From Lytechinus pictus (taxonomy: Eukaryota): a DNA stretch of 64,000 nucleotides. The notes below the pieces were generated by a model. The model made no database searches and was not told the origin of the DNA. It was given only the letters and a program-made list of their open reading frames with translations. The DNA lies in contig NC_087245.1 in assembly GCF_037042905.1 (NCBI RefSeq), positions 26,538,001 to 26,602,000 on the forward strand, read 5' to 3'. Shown here piece after piece: positions 55,132 to 64,000 of the stretch; positions within the stretch are counted from its first letter, which is position 1; every line of letters begins with the position of its first letter. Both the position numbers and the translations under genes were made by a program.

Positions 55132-56286
55132 CCCTACCAGAAAGAACAGTCATCATGATGACTGATTTACAAGTTATTGATGCAATGGAGGCATCAGAGT
55201 CATCAAAAAGGCAGCAATTGGAACCCTTGAAACCCTTGAAATAATAGTTCTAAATAACATTAGATTTAATGGCAAATAGGCATCAAACAGTTATCAAAAG
55301 GCATAATTTGGCATCAGACATCATACAGACATCAGGAGCCATCATTTGGCATCAGGCATCATAAGTCATCATTGGCATCAGAAGTCATCAAATTGGCATT
55401 AGAGAAATGATATCAGGAAAATGGTCATACATGTAAATCATTTAGGTTTTTTTTTTCTCCTGACCTGCTTCGACCCATACAATGTAACATTTGACCCTGA
55501 CTGACAAATACATGTAAATTGTTCTGAATTATCAAAGTTTCTTAAGTAGAATTATGCAAAATATAAACAAATAAAACAAAAGGTTGCAAAAACAAAGAAA
55601 TACATAAGATATTCATTAAACAATACATTATTTGACAAAGAAATATTTTGCTACTGCATTTTTTTTTGTTAAGAAAATTGTTACACATGTCATAAGGAAT
55701 GTTCAACCTTTTTAAATTGATTTAGATGGCAAAATATGATTTTCTGCATAAATTTGCATAATTAGTTAAAAATAGAGTTTTTGAAAAATTTATTATACGG
55801 TCTTGTAGTTTGCATCAGACTGTAAATTGGTGGAAAATGTTGCATCGATCCACGGCCGAGATCAGAAAGGGCGTGGTTGCTCCAGCCCCCCCCCCCCATG
55901 ATGTTGTTTGTATATGTACACGTCCTGAGTCAAGTCAGATAAACTTCCATTCATAACCTGTTCATAGTTGTGCTATCAAAAAGGCTTCCTTTTCTAAGGC
56001 TTTTTGAGTGACTAAAACTTCAATTTTTGGAGGCATCATAAAGCCTTGTCCTAGAAACTTTCACAGTGATGACTAATGATGCCTTCTTCTGAACAAATAA
56101 TGCCGTGATGCCTGAATGATGACTGTGATGCCAGTTTCTGATGGTGCCTAATCTGATGACCATTGATGCCTCCTGATGACCAAATGGTGCCTATTGCTTA
56201 CCGTACCAAAATGATGTTTTTTGATGCCCAAATGATGTCTTACTTTACTAGTGATGCCCAAATGATAATTAATTTTTCTGGCCAGG
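55132..56286. mobile_element. Probable non-autonomous element in the transposase intron
   Basis: GGCATCA repeats on the left (55190-55400) mirrored by TGATGCC repeats on the right (56080-56260); ends CCTACCAGAAA / TTTCTGGCCAGG. Confidence 0.5.
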
Positions 56287-57114
56287 CATTTCACTCTTCT
56301 TAATGATTTAGAAAAGCACTGGTTACCATGCATCTTTGTGACAGAACTTGGAATCTAGTCATTGAAAAAATTGTGTTTCTTATTACATTTACAATATATT
56401 TTATTTTATGAGGGTTGGGGGCATTCACCCCACATGCTGGTACATGTACATGTAGGTATATGTGCCACAAGTACAGCAGAGGCAAAATTAGGGGGCTCAC
56501 CAAAAATGGGGGTTCACTGGAACTAAAGATCCAAGGAGTTCAGACCTCAAAATGTGCTTTGGAACTACATCTAAATCTGACTTAACTATGTAAAGGCATG
56601 TTGAATAATGTAATGCTTTGGAACAGTTTACTTGCCACAAAAGCTGGATATGCAAAGAACTCTTATCCATGTGAATTACATTCCTCACATGGCAGCCGCT
56701 CCTCTGAGGCAGCCCGGTGTCACATTTGAAGGTTTAGGATAAAAGACTAAGCATGATTCAATGGAATTGAAAAGGTGAAGTATTGTCACTTATTGTCAAC
56801 ATTTGTGGGCTCTGGAATAAAAATATGAAAATTTGCCATGTAATTAATCTGAAAGTTACATGCATCAGAATTTTTAGGGCACAAAATTGGGGCATTTCAG
56901 TAGCATATGTGTACCGTACAATATATTGTGAGTGCACAATACAATTAACTGCAGAGGACTTAGACCAAGAATATGGCCATAATATATCAGGTTCTTAATC
57001 AAGTAGTTCTATATTGCCGTAATTGGATTACTAATAACTTAAAGTTGTATTTATCAGATTCGTTGCACACAGTAATTTCACCATGGTAGTATTGTTTCAC
57101 AAATTATTTTACAG

Positions 57115-57444
57115 ACAGAGCTAGACAAGATGGCTGATATATGGAACAATCACCGTATCCGACCCTCTGTGAATCTCCATGTACCAAGTGGCCATCCAAT
57201 GATGATGTATCATACTCCACAAATCTGGGGTACTGAAGATCAGCTTTGCACCAATGTTGATGATGACGATCTGGCTGCATGCATAAGTGATGCTGTATTC
57301 CGATCTACCATACCATGCGACAAAGATGTATATGACTTGTGTGTGTATATTATGAAAAGAGACAACCTTGATCAACCAATGGAAGTCCAGGATGCCTTAG
57401 AATTGTACATCCATCTGAAGCAGGAGATTACTGTGTTGCTTTAA
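57115..57444 (+). CDS. DDE transposase, exon 2 (TELDKMADIWNNHRIRPS...PSGHP); spliced product 383 aa
   Basis: Acceptor TTATTTTACAG; in frame with exon 1; WN.H.IR motif typical of the integrase C-terminal region. Confidence 0.85.
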   Translation, partial: TELDKMADIWNNHRIRPSVNLHVPSGHPMMMYHTPQIWGTEDQLCTNVDDDDLAACISDAVFRSTIPCDKDVYDLCVYIMKRDNLDQPMEVQDALELYIHLKQEITVLL

Positions 57445-59520
57445 ATATATGCATTCAGGAAATTAAGCTGAAACCCCTGAAGCAAAATATATCTTAACCC
57501 TCAATAGCCCGGGGGGGGGGGGGGCCCCCCCCCCTCGAAATTTTTCGTGATAATTTTTTAACGCAAAAAGATCTCGCAATGAAATTTCATATGAAAGTAC
57601 ATGGTATCAAAGTACAGCCTAAGTTCGATTTCGGAGTATGTAGGTCAAAGGTCATAGCTCATTAAATATGCGAAAATGGTTTCCGTTCGATAACTTTAGT
57701 AATGTTTGACGGATTTTAATGAAATTTGATATTCCATAAAGTAGTAAACTTTCTGTACATCCAATCTCCAGGTATTAGTAACTTCCTTGCGTAGTAATAT
57801 AATAGTAAGTCTACTGGAGGTAACTTGTTTTAACGTATAGGTAATTTGTACTCGGCGAGGGGATGCGACGCTTAGCGTTGCTCTTGTTTTTACTGCATTA
57901 CTACTTTCTGAACCAATTCACCCGTTTGAATTTGTGTGTTTTGAACTTGTACCTTTCTCTTCTTCATGCTTCCTCGAGGAGCCGATGTATTTGCATTCTA
58001 ATGTGAACCTGTGTCATCATTACAAATTTTCAAAATACTGCATCTTCTTTTTGCTCAAGAATTGTGCACCTTGTATTCTTTGTCAAGGAGATCAGTACAT
58101 GTACAACCAGACATTAAAGCTTTAAAATCGTCTGGAAGTCCCCTTCAAGTACAATATATATACCTTAAAGTTAGGAAGCTAAGATACAATGGTTGCAAGT
58201 CGACTTGTTACATCTTCATCATCGTAATAACCACCATCACAATATTGACAACTAAAATTACAATAAACATCAATCCACAATTTAGGGAATTACCTGAATT
58301 GCCTTGTGGTGGCAGAGACTCAAAATGTTATTTTCAGGGGGGGGGGGAATTCTATTATCAAATTGCCAAGAACAAGTTAATATGAAGGTACATAAAAAGT
58401 GATGCATTACATTAAGAATAAAAAAACAAACACATTCTTGATCAATGCATTGTCAATTTGTGCTGGAAAAGATTTTTCACTCAGTTATTGCCAATGTAAG
58501 GATTTACCAATTGTATGCTTTGAAATTTCTGTTGAAAAGACATTTTATTGAATTTGAACAATTACATGTCTGAAATTGTGATTTGTTTTTTTTTACTTGT
58601 CTTCGAATTTCTATAAATTTCCATCTAATTGTTACATAACAGTCATTTCTCTGCTCCACAGTGGTACTTCATCTTCAATAGATATAGATGTAAAGGTGAA
58701 AATAGGCACCCACACACATGAAAAGCAACGTTACAAGAAGAAGAAAAAATTGACACAGAAGGCAAAAACATGGACATCCAACACTATTGTTGTCACATAA
58801 GACATTTGGGAAACGAGCAAGATGAATGACAGGTATAACTTTAATTGCAAGTAAACAAAAATAACACTTCGACAACAGACTGATTTATACAAACACAGTC
58901 CTTTGATTTCAGGAATCAGAACATGGAATCAGTGAGGAATCCCTCAACATCTTATTGAAATATGTAGAGGTTAATATCTTTTGTATGCTTTCTGAATGAG
59001 ATAGGTCAAGTTTTGTTTTGATTACCAAGAAAAATGACCTTTTGTGATTTTTTCCCCCTAAATTTTGTATATTATTGCTGTTCGCCTATGACATCACAAA
59101 TTCTTATCAAGAGAGGGCGACGTGGAATTTATCAAATTTCAAGAAATCATAACTCTTGAATGGATCATCTAATTTTGCTCAAACTTTCACTAATCTGCTT
59201 AAAAGTTAAATATTTATTTTAATGATGTATGGGTATAATTGTCCTTAAAGTGACAGCTGGAATATTAAAATACTTACATGACCTTTGATTTTGGCTAAAT
59301 ATGGGGGTCCCCATGCATGAACAATATACCCACCAAATTTTTTTTTTTTGTTAATTATTCACATTTTTGTAAGCACTATGGACAGATGACATTTTTATCT
59401 CTTAGTTTTACTCCACCTGGGTGGCTCTACAAAGATGGCTAGCCATAGGGAACATAATAGTATACCTATTATGTAATGGGAGCTTGCTCATCTGTCGGGA
59501 CCAATTAAAAAAAGTCTTCA

Positions 59521-60200
59521 TTGAATAATTGATTGAATTTATTTAACCACGGTAAAAAACTTAAACATAAATCATACAGAAATTACATTAAATAGAACTA
59601 CACAGAGAAACAACCTAGTAATAATAAGCATAATTAATTAAGCATGATAATGAAATGAATACGATAACAATGAGAGAAACATAATAAAAACAAGAAAACC
59701 TAACAATACATGTAAGATGTCTGTGTCATTTGTATAGTAACTGAAGGGAAAAGGAGAACAAAGATGAGGGAAGAAGAGGACGCGAGAGCATATAGGGGGA
59801 AGTCTGAGGAGAAAGAGGAAGAGAAGGGGAGAACATAAGACAGAGAGAGAGAGGAAGAGAAAGAGGGAGGTGGAGGTTGGGGGGAGACTGACACTTTAAT
59901 GGTACAATGCATCTACCTCTGCTTCAAAGAGCTTACGATTTGAGAAAAGATACTCTTTCAGGCAACACGTATAATTGGACACCCGTATAGATAAATCCCA
60001 TTGTTTGTTTTGAGTTTTCCTAAAGATAGTTTATGGCCGGAATTTCTGAGCCCGTAAGAACATCCTTTTAAAGAAATGTGTTCGCATAATGACGTAGGAA
60101 GCAATTTGTAAACAAGTTTGAAGATCTATCCTAGGGCTTTCCTTTTCCAACGTATTTGGACATGGTCAATTTTACCAAGAGAATAGAGCAGATCAGTACT
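59521..60200 (-). mobile_element. Probable LINE (CR1/L2-like) 3' remnant
   Basis: Minus-strand tail AAATAAATTCAATCAATTATTCAA, a pyrimidine-rich 3'UTR-like tract and a decayed coding-like stretch. Confidence 0.3.
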
Positions 60201-61664
60201 AAAAAGACTTATCAATGGACAAAACTGTTCTTCTCATGTAATAACCATGAACTAAAAAACAAGTGCATCGGGCACTGATATAAGTTAACAATTAATACAA
60301 TACATCTAACTAGTACAGAAAAATTATGAAACAAAACAATGTCAGAAAAATGTAACATCATTAACAAGAGCCCTGTGGGGATAGATGCTCTTCTCAGCAT
60401 GCTAATTAATTAACTTGACGCTATTTCTTGTCAAGCCCCCACATGTATATCATCACTTCAAACTGAACAATTCAATTTTGATAAAAATGTAAAAAAAGTT
60501 CCCAGATGCGGCAGGATGGACAGCGCACAACTGACAGGATGCGAGTCCTTGGCTCAGGTGAGCTGGAAATGTAACAATAATTTTAAAAGAAAAATACCTA
60601 ACAAAAGACAACTACAAGGGCAAACTCAAAACTTGCTACTTTGTTCTTGACCGTGAACAAAATGGATGATTTCAGGAAATTATTTTTTCCCAGAATTTCA
60701 GGGTTACGGTTATTCCACTCTAGCCCATTCCTCCAAAGTAACCTGTAATATAACAAATATATTCATATCTGGAAACAGGAGTACATGTGAAAATTGGCAA
60801 TTTTACATTAAATTTTGCAATTATTATTCATTTTGATTAATGTTATATCCATTTTAATTTTTTTTTCAGACTATGAGAGGAAAAAGATAATAATTGTTGC
60901 CAATTTGAGGAGTGAAAGCTGATTAATTCAGACCTGAAGAAAGCTCTGTATCTCTATGGGTTAAATTAAACTTCACTAAGCTGGAGGAATAACTGACAAA
61001 ACCTAGGCAATGTTATTAGCAACCATATAATGCATTGTAAAAATCGTCATGAATTTTGATTAAAAAATTCCTGTTCTAAAAACCGTATTCACTGCCATTG
61101 AGCGATGTCACAGCATTTAAAAGAATCTATAACAAGGAATTTAAAAAGAATTAAGAAAACTAAAATAATCATTAGAGAAGGGAAAAAAAGTGCAAGTAAA
61201 GGTGAACTTGCTATTACATGTAATGCATGTCACACCATGCAACGTGTACTGTGCATTGATGGTAGGCCATTATTATGACAGGGACGTTAGGGACCTGCTA
61301 CAGAATAATTTGAAACTATTCGTACTTCATGCAGACATCTGGACGAGTTTTAAAGCAAGACAATCAAATGTTTAACATTCCACTGCCAATAGACTAAAGT
61401 TAGATATTGGAGTCAAATGAAAGCTATGAATTTTCTTTATGAAATACCATACTTCATATTTATATTTTAAATCATGAAAGAAATTTAGTATTGACATTTT
61501 AAGGATCATTTCCTCCAAAGTTTGTGTCATATCGATTGACAATACATGTTGAAGATCTATTTAAACACTTAAAAACATCTCTTCGAAAATACAGGTTAAC
61601 ACCAATTTTCCTAACTTTGAAGTATGCGCGAGACAAACCCAAAACAACAAACACAAAAAGAAAA

Positions 61665-63855
61665 TCATGCAATGTCCATGGCGAGGTAGCCACTTGAAAG
61701 TACTGCTTGCCACTCTGATCTGAAATCTCTATATGAAGTATAACTTGTTGGCAGCTCAAGCATTGGTCCGCATGTGTGAGCCACTGGCCTTCGAGCTAAT
61801 CCAGTGGTATTTGTGAATTGTACAGAAATCTGTGTGGCAGTCATTACAGGCGAAGCTGTCAAAAATCTCAACAATGTGCCTAGACCTTCTTCGTTTTGGG
61901 CTCGGATGTATTGCTGCAAAAATCTAAGCGACTGGGCCTCCTCCCTTGTTTGAGGATTTGCGGCAAGTAAATCACAGACTTTCTTAGGAGTAGGTTTTAG
62001 AGAGCCATACATTATCTTGATAGAGTTAACATCTGGAAAAGCTGAGTGTAGGGCATCTCTGACCACCTTTCTCATGCCCTCCAGTGCATACATACTCTTC
62101 TGTATGATAACTTTGTGGGCCAGTTGGTAGATTGTGGGCCGGACATTTTCCCCTTTAGGGATAGAGTGACATCCCTCACGGTCTAGAATGTCTTCAAATA
62201 TGTCTTGCTCGTCATCTGACAGAACATCTCCTTGTAGAGCCTGCTTCACTGTAGCTCTTTCAAGTGGACTAAGAAACAGGAGGAATGTTTTAAGTAAGTC
62301 CTCAGTTGACACTGTCTCCTCTCCAAACATGACGGCTATTAGAAAGGCTGGGGCCAATTGCACAGGGAAAATGTTATGGTCAGAGTATCCCTTTGACAAA
62401 ATCCTCCCTATGGACAGCCATTCCTCCAAACCGTATTCAGGGTTCAATGAAGGCACCCTGTAATCCTCGCCATCTGCAGATGTATTAAAAAAGGAGTTCC
62501 AAAATGCACTATATGCTTCTCTAGATACTCCTCTGGCATCCACTCCTAACTCCTCTACAAAAGTTACCTTCAACTGGATACTAAGGATCTCAGGCGTCTT
62601 GAAAAGTGCAATCATTTCAGCTTGGATATTGCTTCGATGTAAACGGATTTGCAGAGCTTTTGTATCTGAAGGAATTCCCGCATCATCTAACTGAAGATCA
62701 TAATCTATGGCAGCTTGTTGAGGGTTTGCACGTTGAATTTGAGCATCAGCTTGTTGTTGGCTTCTTGGTTGAGTGTGATCGCCATTTTCAGTAGCTTGAT
62801 GTAGGTTTCCTGGTTGAGTTTGAGCACGATTGTCAGTGGCTTGATGTAGGTTTCCTGGTTGAGTTTGAGCACGATTGTCAGTGGCTTGTTGTAGGTTTCC
62901 TGGTTGAGCTTGAGCACGATTGTCAGTGGATTGTTGTAGGTTTCCTGGTTGAGTTTGAGCACGATTGTCAGTAGCTAGTGTTTGGTTTCTTGGTTGAGTG
63001 TGAGCACCATTGTCAGTGGCTTGTGCTTGGTTTGGAGGTTGAATTTCGGCACTAATATTAGTGGATCGTTGTGGGTTTACAGATTGACCTTCAAAGTCCG
63101 AGAATCCCAAATGTATTGGTGGTAATTCACAATCATCATCTATCATGCAACCTCCAACATATTCAAGGTTTAATGGTAATGTTTCATCTAGCTGAGATTG
63201 TGTGCCTTCATCACTTTTTCTCCCAAACTGGACAACATAACAGTCACTTGAATCACTTTCTTCTTCTGGCTGGTTTTCATTTTGATTGTCTGAAGAGGTT
63301 TCTGTCGATGGTTGGTCTCTATTTTTTTTTGGGGTGCACATGTATAGTCTCAAAACACGTGATTTCGCATTTTCATACAGTTCGCCTACAGTGGAATTCC
63401 CCATCTCACATCCTCTAAAATCTTGAATGTCCACTTCGTAGTCTTCAAATTTTACCCCTTTTGGATTTACCATCAGGGAAAAATAGCCCTTTTGCAGTTG
63501 CAAGAAGGTTGTCTAGTCCTTCGCTCTTGTTTGCTCTTATTTCTCTTGTCCCTCCTCCGCCTTGACTCCTCACTTGCTTTAATTCCTTTGTTGCATAGTC
63601 AAAATCCATCCACCCTACTTCTAATTTTCGTGTATCTTTGTGTGCATTGTTACGTTTTTTTGAGGGGGGATTGTCATCAACTGACTTTTTTTTTCTTGAA
63701 AGTCTTGTTCTCAGCCTTTCCAGAAGGCTTGACAATGGTTTTTCGTTTTTAGTTTGACACCTGCAGAATGCCCTTGCAGCGAGTCTATCACCGAAGGCAG
63801 GGAGGTAGTCCTTCAAGCATTCATCATCCATTTCAAGCAAGGCATGGCAGTCAAT
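61665..63855 (-). CDS. HECT-domain E3 ubiquitin ligase (G2E3-like HECT) with SAM-like N-terminus; one frameshift at ~63450; first exon outside window
   Basis: HECT motifs LKVTFVEELGVDARGVSREAY, LLRFLTAS and PVAHTCGPMLELP (Cys codon 61770-61772). ORFs 63445-63945 and 61665-63503 join if one A is removed. Acceptor TTCCTTCTCAG puts the exon start at 63855. Confidence 0.85.
62751..63020 (-). repeat. Coding tandem repeat, 6 x 45 bp (ATDNRAQTQPGNLQQ)
   Basis: Seen directly in the DNA and in the translation. Confidence 0.92.
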
Positions 63856-64000
63856 CTGAGAAGGAATTAAAAAAAAAACACATCTTTCAGATGGGAGATT
63901 AGAAGCGAATGCTCTTCTATAATACACATGGTAACCATACTTCAATAAACCCCAAATTACTCTTTAACAAGGGCAACGCAAAGCGTAGCATCCTCTAGCC

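Larger units (their letters stand above)
50049..64000 (+). mobile_element. IS3EU-like DNA transposon (left end at 50049, right end outside window) encoding a DDE transposase and probably the convergent HECT ligase
   Basis: Begins TACGGAGCCCGGGAAGAGACGTGG, followed at once by a palindromic repeat array; contains an IS3/integrase-type DDE ORF. The TAYGG terminus assignment to IS3EU is from recall, not from a search. Confidence 0.7.

Noticed and set aside
55125..55244. C-terminal tail of the 313-aa transposase ORF
   Set aside because: It is intron read-through; the real C-terminus is exon 57115-57444.
61665..63855. Assigning the host gene symbol G2E3
   Set aside because: Only the HECT domain is similar; no PHD/RING fingers are seen and the context is transposon-like.
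57854..64000. Inverted pair at 57854-57887 and ~63965-64000 (GATGC.ACGCTT.GCGTTGC.CTTGTT) as TIRs around the HECT gene
   Set aside because: The right copy lies in the HECT intron and is truncated by the window edge. These are more likely two independent copies of a hairpin-ended (Helentron-like) repeat.

Overview
This is AT-rich animal genomic DNA. The repeat landscape resembles an echinoid (sea urchin), but that is an inference. It holds (i) a probable first coding exon and CpG-rich promoter of a minus-strand gene at ~10 kb; (ii) a 457-aa Ser/Arg-rich uncharacterised gene with its whole CDS in one exon (17094-18467, minus); and (iii) seven phase-consistent exons of a sorting nexin 19-like gene (PXA-PX-PXC, 38595-49700, plus), whose last exons lie beyond the window. 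The main finding starts 349 bp into the next SNX19 intron: a large (>14 kb, right end not seen) IS3EU-like DNA transposon. It has a TACGG terminus, an array of palindromic subterminal repeats and an intact spliced 383-aa DDE integrase-type transposase. It apparently also carries a convergent HECT E3 ubiquitin ligase gene with a SAM-like N-terminus, a 15-aa repeat linker and one 1-nt frameshift. The rest is tRNA-derived SINEs, TIR elements with 4-bp TSDs, Harbinger-type and TTAA MITEs, LINE remnants and simple repeats.
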